Below, piece after piece: positions 19,675 through 30,832 of a stretch of 64,000 nucleotides of DNA (the first letter of the stretch is position 1; each line of letters begins with the position of its first letter). The DNA is from Dehalococcoidia bacterium (GTDB lineage: Bacteria; Chloroflexota; Dehalococcoidia; GIF9; AB-539-J10): NCBI GenBank assembly GCA_030615625.1, contig JAUWYX010000007.1, forward strand, positions 5,327 to 69,326, read 5' to 3'. Made by a program: the position numbers and the translations under genes. A model generated the notes under the pieces. The model worked only from the letters and a program-made list of their open reading frames with translations, made no database searches and was not told the DNA's origin.

Positions 19675-20562
19675 ATGACATTGAGTGATTATTGGTTAGT
19701 CGTAGGTTCTCCCCACAATTGGAGAACTGCTTTTGAGCACAAAAACATTTGGGGCCTAAAACAAACACAAAGACATCTTTGGGAGAGACTAAATGAAGGA
19801 GATGTGTTGTTTTTTTATGTCACAAGCCCTGTCAGTGGGATAATCGGCCATGGCATTGTTCGTACAAAATTTCACCAAGATCAACCTCTATGGCCTCAGG
19901 AGATTAAAGAAAAGAAGGTTATATGGCCATTGCGCTTCGAATTTAATGTGGAGCGTTGCCTTCCCCTTAATAAGTGGCAAGCATTCAAAATAACTTCTGG
20001 GGAACTGTTTCCTCGGGGAGGGTTCCAGGCGTTAGATCATGGCATAGCCCGGCAACTTATTTCAAAGTTCACATCCTTACCTAAAGAATATCGTGTGGAG
20101 ACTCCGACGCCAATCTCCCTAACAGAGACTCCTTCTATCTATCTTGGCGAACCCCAGCAAGTAGAGCAAGCTTTACCTTCGCACGATGAGCTTAAACATA
20201 GACTGGTGGAAATTGGGCAACTTCAAGGTTATCTTGCCGATGAGGAATATGTCTTTGATATTGGCAAGCTTGATGTCGTGTGGAGGAGAGTAGTACATTC
20301 CGTACCTACCTATGCTTTTGAAATTCAGGTTGGTGGAGACGTATACCATGCTCTAGCAAAACTAAAGCATGCCTTCGATTTATGGAATAGCCACATCTTT
20401 CTCGTCGCACCTCAAGCGGATCATGGTAAGGTTGAGAATTTGCTATCAGGGACTTTTCATGAGATTAGTAGTCGGATCAAATTTATTGAGTTGGAAAAGG
20501 TAGAGGAGCTTTATAGACGTAAAAAGGCCTATTTAGACTTTGAAGAGGAACTGGGCATATAG
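19675..20562 (+). CDS. EVE domain fused to a PD-(D/E)XK-like nuclease domain
   Basis: N-terminal YWLVV..NW..IWG..GDVLFFYVT (EVE/PUA-like). C-terminal EEY..LDVVW..AFEIQ is a restriction-endonuclease-like motif. Confidence 0.75.
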   Translation: MTLSDYWLVVGSPHNWRTAFEHKNIWGLKQTQRHLWERLNEGDVLFFYVTSPVSGIIGHGIVRTKFHQDQPLWPQEIKEKKVIWPLRFEFNVERCLPLNKWQAFKITSGELFPRGGFQALDHGIARQLISKFTSLPKEYRVETPTPISLTETPSIYLGEPQQVEQALPSHDELKHRLVEIGQLQGYLADEEYVFDIGKLDVVWRRVVHSVPTYAFEIQVGGDVYHALAKLKHAFDLWNSHIFLVAPQADHGKVENLLSGTFHEISSRIKFIELEKVEELYRRKKAYLDFEEELGI

Positions 20563-20602
20563 TTTTTCTAGGAAGAAATAGATTTGTCGAAAGAGGCAAA
20601 AG

Positions 20603-22556
<1,954 letters not shown>

Positions 22557-22638
22557 CTAGAGCCTGTTCAGAAGCTCTTAGATAGGAGTCCCGACAAAGG
22601 AAAGGGCCACTTTGCTCATATCCTCAGCTATCTTGAAC

Positions 22639-23145
22639 TTAAGTTTCGGCTATGCCGCACTCGCCTGCTTGGCCTTTAAGCGTTTCCACAGCATGAGGCA
22701 GCGCCGGCAGTATCACTTCAAGGCATTCGCGTACTGCCTTGGGGCTTCCCGGCAGGTTGATAATTAAGCATTTCCCGCGAGTGCCCGCAACTGCCCGACT
22801 GAGCATGGCCATGGGGGTTTTCTTCAGGCTCTCAGCCCTCATCGCCTCGGCAAAACCGGGGACAATTCTATCCACCACGGCAAGAGTCGCCTCAGGAGTA
22901 ACATCTCTAGGAGTAAGTCCTGTTCCTCCCGTGGTGATGAGCACGTCTAAATCATCTTCATCTACCCACTTAACCAGCTTTTCAACAATAAGCTCCTTCT
23001 CATCAGGAACGACGTCGTAATTTACAATGCGGGCATCCATACTGGAGAGGATTTCTCGAATAGCCTCTCCGCTCTTATCCTGACGCTCCCCTCTTGAGCC
23101 TTTGTCACTGATGGTTAATATCCCTACGGTAAACATTTTCTTCAC
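22639..23145 (-). CDS. mogA: Molybdopterin adenylyltransferase (MogA/MoaB)
   Basis: Motifs TISD, TTGGTG..PRDVTPEA, LSR and NLPGSPKA. Confidence 0.92.
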   Translation of the reverse strand: MKKMFTVGILTISDKGSRGERQDKSGEAIREILSSMDARIVNYDVVPDEKELIVEKLVKWVDEDDLDVLITTGGTGLTPRDVTPEATLAVVDRIVPGFAEAMRAESLKKTPMAMLSRAVAGTRGKCLIINLPGSPKAVRECLEVILPALPHAVETLKGQAGECGIAET

Positions 23146-24953
23146 CTAACCCTTTTCCTTCCTCGGGGTAGAAAGGCACCGTCCTGGCTTTTCAACACAA
23201 AATTCTTTTCTATAAAATCAGCCACTGTTACTGTATCACCCCATGGAAGCTGAGGGATATCAGTATCCAATGACCCATCAGTAACAATAGCCGAAAGTTC
23301 CTCGGGAGAACACAATAAGTCATCGCCGAGTTCTTTTTTATGCACTTCGATTTTAGGAGTTTTGCTTTTCCTGAATCCTTCGACGAGGACGAGGTCGAAT
23401 TCAGCGCCAACAATGGGCATAATTTCCTCAATATCAAGCTCGTGGTCCAAACTTTTAATAAAGGCAAGCTTGCCAGGCGAGCTAACAAATACGGCATCGC
23501 TGCCCGCTTGAGCAAACCTCCAGCTATCTTTTCCGGGGTGGTCTATTTCCATCCTGCCTCGACTATGCTTTAAGGCAGCGACTTTATATCCTCTTCCTTT
23601 AAACTCGGCAATAAGTTGCTCCATAAGCACTGTTTTACCAGATCGTGATTTGCCCACGATTGAAACAATCGGCAACGTTTTCACCTCGCCTTGCCCCTCT
23701 CCCCAATCCAACATCTGCACCTCGACCATGTCTCCGGCCTTAACCCCCTTGCTACTTTCGGGGATAACAGCCAAACCATTGGCTCTGGCCATGGATGTAA
23801 GGATTCCCGAGCCCTGGGGGCCGGTGACGGAGGCATGATATTGACCACCGCGCCTGGTTACATTTACCCTGGCAAAGAGGCGGCGGCCATCAGTATTCAC
23901 AACATCATCCTCAATAACCGCTCGGACGGCTGGCTTTGCCAGAATTTCCTTACCCAGCATTTTTAGTATGGCAGGACGGGCGAATTGTTCAAAGGTAATC
24001 ATGGAGCTGACGGGATTGCCCGGCAATCCCAAATGAGGCACCTTCCCCTTTTTCCCTCCTTCCACCTTCTTCATAACCCCAAAGGCAAGCGGTTTTCCGG
24101 GCTTCATACAAACCGTCCAGAAACCAACCTCCCCATGCTCTGCCAGGACATCCTTTACTATATCGTAGTCTCCCTTGGACACACCGCCGGAGGTAATGAG
24201 CATATCTGCGTCCAAACCCTCATCGATTTTCTCGGTTAGAGACCGAACCGAATCGCGCCCTATGCCCAGGATTTTGGGAATCCCACCATAGCGAGAGACT
24301 TCGGCGGCAATGGCATAGTTATTGCTATCATGAATCTTACCCGGAGCCAATGGCTGGTCAACACCAATGAGCTCGTCTCCCGTAGCTAGAATAGCCACAA
24401 TCGGCCGACGGATAACCAGCGCAGTGGAGAGCCCCAGGGAGGCCAGCACTCCTATCTCTTGAGGGCGAAGCACCTTTCCTTTTTTAAGAATTAAATTTCC
24501 CTTGGCAATATCCTCACCTCTACCTCGGACATTCAATCCCTCCTTCGCCTGGCACAATATACCGATTTGCGACAAGTCTCCCCTAGCTGATTTGCGGCTA
24601 ACTTCATCGGTGTCCTCAAATCGAACTACGGCATCAGCCCCTTCAGGCAATGGCGCTCCTGTCATAATGCGGATAGCCGTCCCCGGCCTGACTTCTTTTG
24701 TGGGCATAGACCCGGCAGCAACCTCTCCGACCACGACCAAATATCTCGGTGATGATTCACCAGCCCCCCGAGTATCCTTGGCTCGCAGGGCATAACCATC
24801 CATGGCGGAATTATCCAGCGGGGGAATATCTATAGTGGAATAGACATCCTCAGCCAGAACCTGTCCCAGGCAGTCCAAAATAGGCTTCCGCTCGGGCTCA
24901 AGAACCTCAACATAGCTCAAAACCTTCTCCAGGGCTCCTTCCACAGAAATCAT
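23142..24953 (-). CDS. moeA: Molybdopterin molybdotransferase MoeA fused to C-terminal MobB
   Basis: MoeA motifs SAMDGYA, ATGDE, SGGVS, KPGKP and LPGNP, followed by MobB motifs IVGKSRSGKT, LKH..DHPGKDS and VLVEGF. Confidence 0.92.
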   Translation of the reverse strand: MISVEGALEKVLSYVEVLEPERKPILDCLGQVLAEDVYSTIDIPPLDNSAMDGYALRAKDTRGAGESSPRYLVVVGEVAAGSMPTKEVRPGTAIRIMTGAPLPEGADAVVRFEDTDEVSRKSARGDLSQIGILCQAKEGLNVRGRGEDIAKGNLILKKGKVLRPQEIGVLASLGLSTALVIRRPIVAILATGDELIGVDQPLAPGKIHDSNNYAIAAEVSRYGGIPKILGIGRDSVRSLTEKIDEGLDADMLITSGGVSKGDYDIVKDVLAEHGEVGFWTVCMKPGKPLAFGVMKKVEGGKKGKVPHLGLPGNPVSSMITFEQFARPAILKMLGKEILAKPAVRAVIEDDVVNTDGRRLFARVNVTRRGGQYHASVTGPQGSGILTSMARANGLAVIPESSKGVKAGDMVEVQMLDWGEGQGEVKTLPIVSIVGKSRSGKTVLMEQLIAEFKGRGYKVAALKHSRGRMEIDHPGKDSWRFAQAGSDAVFVSSPGKLAFIKSLDHELDIEEIMPIVGAEFDLVLVEGFRKSKTPKIEVHKKELGDDLLCSPEELSAIVTDGSLDTDIPQLPWGDTVTVADFIEKNFVLKSQDGAFLPRGRKRVR

Positions 24954-25127
24954 GCGGTAAACTCCCAAACCTGTATTATAGATTATCTTTGTCCTCTATA
25001 CCAACTTCCTTGAGGACAAACTAGCTTGGTGATAATACTGCCCAAGAGCAGGCCGGTGCCTCAAGTTCAGCTTAAGTTGACAATTGGCAGCTTTAGCCCT
25101 ATTATTTAACAAAGTAAGGAGGTAGAA

Positions 25128-25346
25128 ATGCGAGAAAAGGTACAAGCAGCCCTGGAACAAGTGAGACCGGCATTGTTAGCTGATGGAGGGGATGTCCAAC
25201 TAATAGATGTCAAGGATGGAGTGGTGACATTAAGGTTGACTGGTGCCTGCGGTGGCTGCCCCATGGCAAGTATGACCTTGAAGGATGGGATTGAACGGGT
25301 GCTCAAGGAACAGGTGCCTGAAGTTAAGGAGGTAGTAGCCGTCTAA
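25128..25346 (+). CDS. NifU/Nfu-type Fe-S carrier domain protein
   Basis: Motifs [11 protein letters not shown] and [16 protein letters not shown]. Confidence 0.93.
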   Translation: MREKVQAALEQVRPALLADGGDVQLIDVKDGVVTLRLTGACGGCPMASMTLKDGIERVLKEQVPEVKEVVAV

Positions 25347-25399
25347 CCTGCGGCAGCATTTCAAAAAGAGGTCAGAAGTGAATCAGGCTGGAGATTTAA

Positions 25400-25633
25400 A
25401 TGCCCCAGGGATACTTTATCTGCCACTCTTGTGGTAAAACGGTAGAACATACAGGAGAGGAGCGACCTTGCCAGGTGCTCAATGGTTGGCTCATGGTTTC
25501 ACGATGGAAAGGTCCAGGAACAGTTGAGCATTATAATTTTTGCTCCTCGATTTGTCTCAAAAGATGGACGGATACCCAGGTTCCTCAAGTCCCTGACGTA
25601 TTCTTAAGAGCTTTTGAGCAAGGAAAGGATTAA
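25400..25633 (+). CDS. Small treble-clef (TRASH/FCS-like) metal-binding protein
   Basis: CHSCG ... FCSSICL, with a GGAG SD. Confidence 0.65.
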   Translation: MPQGYFICHSCGKTVEHTGEERPCQVLNGWLMVSRWKGPGTVEHYNFCSSICLKRWTDTQVPQVPDVFLRAFEQGKD

Positions 25634-25635
25634 AA

Positions 25636-25869
25636 ATGCCCATCTATGAATATTTTTGCCCTGATTGTAACTTCAAGTTTGAATTGCTTCGCCACCAAGC
25701 CCGAGCAAACGAAAGTGCCTCTTGCCCCCACTGTCACAATGGTGCTAAACGGATATTCTCTTCTTTTGCCTCTTTTTCTAAAAGCAGTGAAGGGCCATCT
25801 ACCCCGATTGGGGGAAGTTCCTCTTGTAGCTCCTGCTCTGCCACAAGTTGTGAAACCTGCCAAATATAG
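25636..25869 (+). CDS. FmdB-family zinc-ribbon protein
   Basis: MPIYEYFCPDC..FE..CPHC and a C-terminal CSSC..SCETC. Confidence 0.9.
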   Translation: MPIYEYFCPDCNFKFELLRHQARANESASCPHCHNGAKRIFSSFASFSKSSEGPSTPIGGSSSCSSCSATSCETCQI

Positions 25870-25970
25870 CTCCCTCAACAAGAAACTGTAAATAGCCCAA
25901 ATTAAGAGAACACTAAATGACCGGCCTGTGAAAATAAATCCCAAACATGTAACCACATTGGTGAGCCGAG

Positions 25971-26339
25971 ATGATTGAGGTAAGAAGAGAAGACTTCTCC
26001 ATCGATGAGATAACCAAGAAGATGAAGGACCCCAAAATAGGGGCGATATCAATTTATCTAGGCACTGTACGTGAATTCCCTTCGGGTAATGGACTGGAAT
26101 TTGAGGACGATAACCACGCTGTCCGGAAACTAGAGGAGATAGAAAAAAGAGCAATCGATAGATTTGATGTCGAGGATGTAGCCATAATACATCGAGTGGG
26201 TTTCTTAGGCATATCAGCCAATATTCTATTAGTAGCAGTTTCCGCCTCTCACAGAGAGCCAGCTTTCGATGCTTGCAGAAGCATAATAGACGATATAAAG
26301 GATTTCCACAAATCATGGAGAAAAGAAGTATCGAAATAG
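25971..26339 (+). CDS. moaE: Molybdopterin synthase catalytic subunit MoaE (shortened)
   Basis: Motifs GAISIYLGTVRE, IIHRVG, SASHREPAF and WRKE. Confidence 0.85.
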   Translation: MIEVRREDFSIDEITKKMKDPKIGAISIYLGTVREFPSGNGLEFEDDNHAVRKLEEIEKRAIDRFDVEDVAIIHRVGFLGISANILLVAVSASHREPAFDACRSIIDDIKDFHKSWRKEVSK

Positions 26340-26998
26340 AAACTTTAGGAATTTCCAAGGATGCTAAGTGGAGGAAGACAGATGAGCTTGCCCATGAAGA
26401 AGAGATTATCGTTAAGCTCAATGGAGAAATTCAAAAATTCTACTGCATTCCCGTTGACCTGGAAGAGATGATAGCTGGCTATTTGAAATCAAGAGGCATA
26501 GACCCTTCTTTGTCCCGGATCAAGAAACTTAGCAGCAGCGAGTTTGAGGTAAATTTTTCTGAAGAATTGGTTAAGACTCCCCAGAACTGTGATTCGAAGA
26601 AAAAGTTAACCAAAAGCGAAGTTTTTAATTTGGTAAAAAGTCTCAATGAAAACAGTTTTTTGTATGAAAAGACTGGCTGTACACATGTTATTGGGATCTG
26701 CGAGGACAAGGAGATTTTTGTAGAGGACGTAAGTAGACATTGCGCCATAGATAAAGCCATCGGCCTGGCAATTAGAGATGGAATCAATTTGGCAAACAGT
26801 TCCCTGATTACCTCGTGCCGACAAACGGCTTCCATAATAAGAAAGGCGATCTTTTGCCAAATACCAATAGTTATAAGCATCACTGCCCCCACGGACCTAG
26901 CTATAAAAGAAGCCAATAAATACGGGATAACACTTATAGGTTTTGCCAGTTCAAAAATGTTTAACATATACTCCCACGATTGGAGAATCGAAACCTAA
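26315..26998 (+). CDS. fdhD: Formate dehydrogenase accessory sulfurtransferase FdhD
   Basis: Motifs TGCTH, EDVSRHCAIDKAIG, TAPTDLA and ITLIGF. Confidence 0.88.
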   Translation: MEKRSIEIETLGISKDAKWRKTDELAHEEEIIVKLNGEIQKFYCIPVDLEEMIAGYLKSRGIDPSLSRIKKLSSSEFEVNFSEELVKTPQNCDSKKKLTKSEVFNLVKSLNENSFLYEKTGCTHVIGICEDKEIFVEDVSRHCAIDKAIGLAIRDGINLANSSLITSCRQTASIIRKAIFCQIPIVISITAPTDLAIKEANKYGITLIGFASSKMFNIYSHDWRIET

Positions 26999-27122
26999 AA
27001 ATATATAGAGTGGGGAAATAACAGGTTTTATCGTACCGCGGTATCCAAACTGGAACCTTTCGCTGGATTGAAATTAAAGCAGGGAGTAGTTTACAATATA
27101 GCAGCTTGCTTTGCTTCACCAA

Positions 27123-27464
27123 ATGCATGAACTTGGAGTAACTGAAAACATAGTTAATATTGCTTTAGCCAAAGCTGGTGAGGCGCAAGCTAGCAAGGTC
27201 ATCCAAATTAACTTAGTAATTGGCGAGATGTCAGGATTTGTCCCCGATTGTATTCAGTTTTATTTCGATCCTCTCAGCAAAGATACCATCGCTCAAGGAG
27301 CAGTACTCCACTTTGAATTAGTGCCAGCTCAATTGCGTTGTCGGAATTGTTCCACGATTTTCCACCCCCAAGATACTCTGTGGGCTTGCCCCAAATGCCG
27401 GGGCCAGAGCGTAGAAATATCCAAGGGACGAGAACTCTATATTGAAAGCATGGAAGTAGAATGA
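27123..27464 (+). CDS. hypA: Hydrogenase nickel metallochaperone HypA
   Basis: MHE start and motifs CRNC..CPKC and GRELY. Confidence 0.96.
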   Translation: MHELGVTENIVNIALAKAGEAQASKVIQINLVIGEMSGFVPDCIQFYFDPLSKDTIAQGAVLHFELVPAQLRCRNCSTIFHPQDTLWACPKCRGQSVEISKGRELYIESMEVE

Positions 27465-28135
27465 AAAAAATAGAGGTTATCCAGAACGTTCTGGAGGCTA
27501 ATGAGACCATAGCTAAGCGAAATCAACAGCTATTGGATAGGCACAGGGTTTTTGCTATTAACATTATGTCAGCTCCAGGTGCCGGCAAGACGAGCCTTAT
27601 TCTACAAACTCTGACGAGGCTGAAAGGCAGGCTGAACATGGCTGTTATCGAAGGCGATGTTGCTTCCACAGTAGATGCTGAGAAAGTGCAGAGCGAGGCA
27701 AAAGCAGTAGTTCAAATAAATACCCGAAATATGCCGGAAAGTTGTTCTTTAATGGCTGCCATGATTGAGTCAGCTCTAAAGGACATGCCCCTGGATAACA
27801 TAGACCTACTCTTAATCGAGAATGTAGGCAATCTCATTTGCCCCTCCGAATTTACCCTGGGAGAACACAAACGAATGGTGATTTCCAGCCTGCCTGAAGG
27901 GGATGATAAACCCATTAAATATCCCTTGATCTTTATCGATGCCGATGCTGTGATAATAAATAAGATGGACCTTCTTCCCCATGTTGATTTCGATATTGCC
28001 GCCTTTCACCGTTCCGTTGAAGGACTAAATCCTAAAGCCGAGGTTTTTCAACTTTCCTGCAAGACCAGCGAGGGGATAGAAAGGTGGTGCTCCTGGGTAT
28101 TAGAACAAGTGAAAACCAATGCCATAAAGCGATAG
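27461..28135 (+). CDS. hypB: Hydrogenase nickel-incorporation GTPase HypB
   Basis: Motifs APGAGKT, IEGD, ENVGNLICP, EGDDKP and NKMD. Confidence 0.95.
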   Translation: MKKIEVIQNVLEANETIAKRNQQLLDRHRVFAINIMSAPGAGKTSLILQTLTRLKGRLNMAVIEGDVASTVDAEKVQSEAKAVVQINTRNMPESCSLMAAMIESALKDMPLDNIDLLLIENVGNLICPSEFTLGEHKRMVISSLPEGDDKPIKYPLIFIDADAVIINKMDLLPHVDFDIAAFHRSVEGLNPKAEVFQLSCKTSEGIERWCSWVLEQVKTNAIKR

Positions 28136-28365
28136 AAGTTTCACATATCTGGTAAACCTCATCATCTTGAGAACGTTAAGCGACACCAAGGCAACTAGCT
28201 GATATTCTGTCTCCGTGCAAAGGTGGAAAATAGGGGGGCTTGATAATTTCCGGCGGATGATATATAATTCATGTCAAGCTTTTGAGGAAACTAAGCTATT
28301 ACAGCTAAGTAACCAGCCCTGAAATAGAATCCCTCTCAGCAGAGAAGCTGTTTACGCGGTAAAGC

Positions 28366-28878
28366 ATGAAGTTTCTAATTACAACGGCAGTCGCTTATGT
28401 GGTTTATCTCCTTCTCACTATTGGTAGCGGCACCGTTTTTTTATGGAGTAATGCCGAGCTCATCATCGGGGCAGTGTTCGCCGTGGTGGTTGGTGCCCTG
28501 CTCAAGAACCGGTTCATCGGCAAAGACCTGCGCATGCTGAACCCGGTGCGGTGGTTTACCTTCCTCGTTTACCTGTTCCCCCTTTTCTTTGCCATGGCCA
28601 AGGCCAATGTTGACGTGGCCTACCGTGTCATCACCGGCCGGATTAATCCGGCCATCGTGAAGATAAATCCCAACCTGAAGACCGACTTGTCACTTACCAT
28701 CCTGGCCAATTCCATCACCCTGACGCCCGGAACACTGAGCGTGGACGTTGACGAGAAAACCAACGAGCTATATGTTCACTGGATAAATGTTGACCCTGAG
28801 GTGCTCAAGGACATGCCGAGAGACTACCATCCGATATGCCACAATTTCCCTGACTGGGCGAGGAGAATCGCGGGATGA
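28366..28878 (+). CDS. mbhA: Mrp/Mnh subunit E-like (MbhA)
   Basis: Motifs LANSITLTPGT and LYVHW. Confidence 0.88.
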   Translation: MKFLITTAVAYVVYLLLTIGSGTVFLWSNAELIIGAVFAVVVGALLKNRFIGKDLRMLNPVRWFTFLVYLFPLFFAMAKANVDVAYRVITGRINPAIVKINPNLKTDLSLTILANSITLTPGTLSVDVDEKTNELYVHWINVDPEVLKDMPRDYHPICHNFPDWARRIAG

Positions 28879-29129
28879 ACTGGCTTCCGGCGGTCATAGT
28901 TATGGCGGTGTGTATTATCATCGCCGTGGCACGCATCCTTATCGGGCCGGGAGCGCCGACGAGGCTGGTGGCTTTTGACACCACCAACACTCTGGTGGTG
29001 GCCAGTCTGGTCATTGTGGGGATGATGTTCAATCATGCGATTTTTATTGACGTGGCCATCGTGTATGCTTTGCTCTCGTTCACCATGACGCTGTATGTGG
29101 CCAAATTCATTGGGGGGAGCAAGTTTTAG
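28875..29129 (+). CDS. mbhB: Mrp/Mnh subunit F-like (MbhB)
   Basis: Motifs GP..RLVAFD and DVAIVYALLSF. Confidence 0.87.
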   Translation: MNWLPAVIVMAVCIIIAVARILIGPGAPTRLVAFDTTNTLVVASLVIVGMMFNHAIFIDVAIVYALLSFTMTLYVAKFIGGSKF

Positions 29130-29488
29130 TGGCGGCGCTGAACATAGTAACCTATATATTCATAGGAATTGGCCTTTTCTTCAATCTAATCGGAGTCGTC
29201 GGTCTCCACCGTTTTCCCGACATGTACACCAAGCTGCATGCCGCTACCAAATGCACCACCTTTGGCTCCATCTTCCTCATCATGGCGGTAATCATGCAGG
29301 CCGCCGGAATCTGGGCACAGGGAGGGACTTCTCAGTCTGTAATGTGCGTACATGCAGTGCTGGTGCTGGTGGCGCTGCTGGTCACCAATGCCACCGGCGC
29401 TCACGCCATTGCCCGGGCGGCGCATCGCAGCGGAGAAAAGCCCGCCAGGGCGGTGGTGGATGACCTGGGAGGGAAAGAGAATGATTGA
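29129..29488 (+). CDS. mbhC: Mrp/Mnh subunit G-like (MbhC)
   Basis: Motifs RFPDMYTKLHAATK and AHAIARAA. Confidence 0.88.
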   Translation: MAALNIVTYIFIGIGLFFNLIGVVGLHRFPDMYTKLHAATKCTTFGSIFLIMAVIMQAAGIWAQGGTSQSVMCVHAVLVLVALLVTNATGAHAIARAAHRSGEKPARAVVDDLGGKEND

Positions 29489-29726
29489 AGCTGGGCCTCT
29501 GCATATCATTATACCGGTGGTACTGGTTGTCTGTGCCATATTTGTCGCCGTATCTCGGGATCTCTTGTATGCGGTCGTGGCGCTGGCTGTGCTGAGTCTG
29601 TTGTTAGCCTTTCAGTTTTATCTTATGAAGGCTCCTGACGTGGCCATTGCCGAAGCGGGAATCGGGGCGGCTGTGACCACAGCTATCCTTATCATCACCA
29701 TCAGAGCGACCAAGCGTATGGAGTGA
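29481..29726 (+). CDS. mbhD: MbhD (DUF4040/MrpA-segment) membrane subunit
   Basis: Motif APDVAIAEAGIG. The ATG at 29481 follows a GGAGGG SD. Confidence 0.85.
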   Translation: MIEAGPLHIIIPVVLVVCAIFVAVSRDLLYAVVALAVLSLLLAFQFYLMKAPDVAIAEAGIGAAVTTAILIITIRATKRME

Positions 29727-29729
29727 ATA

Positions 29730-30014
29730 ATGAGACAAGTTACAGGCCTGATTTTGTTGCTTGTTCTGGTAGCCCTTCTGGTGTGGGGGGTGCTGCCTCC
29801 AATCATGCGTGACTTTGGTTACCCTCCATCCGATATGGACGATTATATAATTGAGAACGCCCAAGAAGAAACCGGGAGCAACAACGTGGTAGCGGCGGTG
29901 CTCTTTGACTACCGCGCGCTTGATACACTGGGGGAGGCCACGATACTGTTCACGGCGGTGATGGGGGTGTTGCTTCTGTTACGAACATTGAAACGCAAGG
30001 AGGAGAGTTCCTGA
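29730..30014 (+). CDS. mbhE: MbhE (MnhB-related) membrane subunit
   Basis: Motif NVVAAVLFDYRALDTLGE. Confidence 0.86.
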   Translation: MRQVTGLILLLVLVALLVWGVLPPIMRDFGYPPSDMDDYIIENAQEETGSNNVVAAVLFDYRALDTLGEATILFTAVMGVLLLLRTLKRKEESS

Positions 30015-30475
30015 TGCTGTCAAAGATTGTGCGCACCGTGGCCAACCAGCTTATCCTGTTCATCCTCATCTTCGGCCTGTATGTTATTGCACATGGACAT
30101 ATTACCCCGGGCGGAGGCTTTCAGGGTGGTGCTATCATCGTTTCCGGTGTAATCATGTTGCTGGTGGCCTTCAGCTCTAAGGAACTTAAAAAATCGCTGC
30201 GTGAGCGTGTTTTATCAATAATGGAAAGCACCGGGGCCTTAATCTTTGCCGCCCTAGCTTTTGCCGGGATAGGCACTGTCTTTTTTTATAACTTCCTAGT
30301 GGGCACGCCAATCTTCGGCAGGATTCCTGTCCCCGGTCCTGGCCCGGGGGATATCTGGACGGGAGGGGTCATTCCCCTGATGAACTTCGCTGTGGGCCTT
30401 AAGGTGATAGCCGGCCTTTCAGCAGTGGTTCTGGCTATAGCGCTATTTTCCAGTGGTGAGGAGGTGGAAGAATAA
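30014..30475 (+). CDS. mbhF: Mrp/Mnh subunit B-like (MbhF)
   Basis: Motifs GHITPGGGFQGG and GLKV. Confidence 0.88.
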   Translation: MLSKIVRTVANQLILFILIFGLYVIAHGHITPGGGFQGGAIIVSGVIMLLVAFSSKELKKSLRERVLSIMESTGALIFAALAFAGIGTVFFYNFLVGTPIFGRIPVPGPGPGDIWTGGVIPLMNFAVGLKVIAGLSAVVLAIALFSSGEEVEE

Positions 30476-30828
30476 TGGAGTACATTCCTCTCAATTTCCC
30501 CTTTCTAGCGGCAGCGCTGCTGGTGGGGGTATCTTTTTATATAATCATATTCAAAAAGAATTTGATTAAGCTCATTATGGGCATTGCCATGCTGGCGGCA
30601 GGGGTCAATCTGTTTCTGGTGTCGCTGGGCTACCGGGCAGGAGGGACGGCTCCTATCTATACCGATGTGCCAGAAGGACCCATGGTCCTGTCCGTGCCCC
30701 AGGCACTCACCCTGACCAGTATCGTCATCAACGTTGCAGTGTTGGCCTTGATGCTGACCATGGTGATACACATTTACCGCCATACCGGAAGCCTAGATTC
30801 AGAAAAATCTAGAAAGATGAAAGGATAG
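30475..30828 (+). CDS. mbhG: Mrp/Mnh subunit C-like (MbhG)
   Basis: Motifs NLIK, GVNLF and PQALTLTSIVI. Confidence 0.88.
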   Translation: MEYIPLNFPFLAAALLVGVSFYIIIFKKNLIKLIMGIAMLAAGVNLFLVSLGYRAGGTAPIYTDVPEGPMVLSVPQALTLTSIVINVAVLALMLTMVIHIYRHTGSLDSEKSRKMKG

Positions 30829-30832
30829 TGAT

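Noticed and set aside
25630-26421. 263-aa minus-strand ORF
   Set aside because: It is antisense to the well-supported FmdB, moaE and fdhD genes and has no recognisable motif.
28140-28365. Na+ or other riboswitch upstream of mbhA
   Set aside because: Only a promoter-like TTGATA..TATAAT is evident, and I recognise no aptamer consensus.
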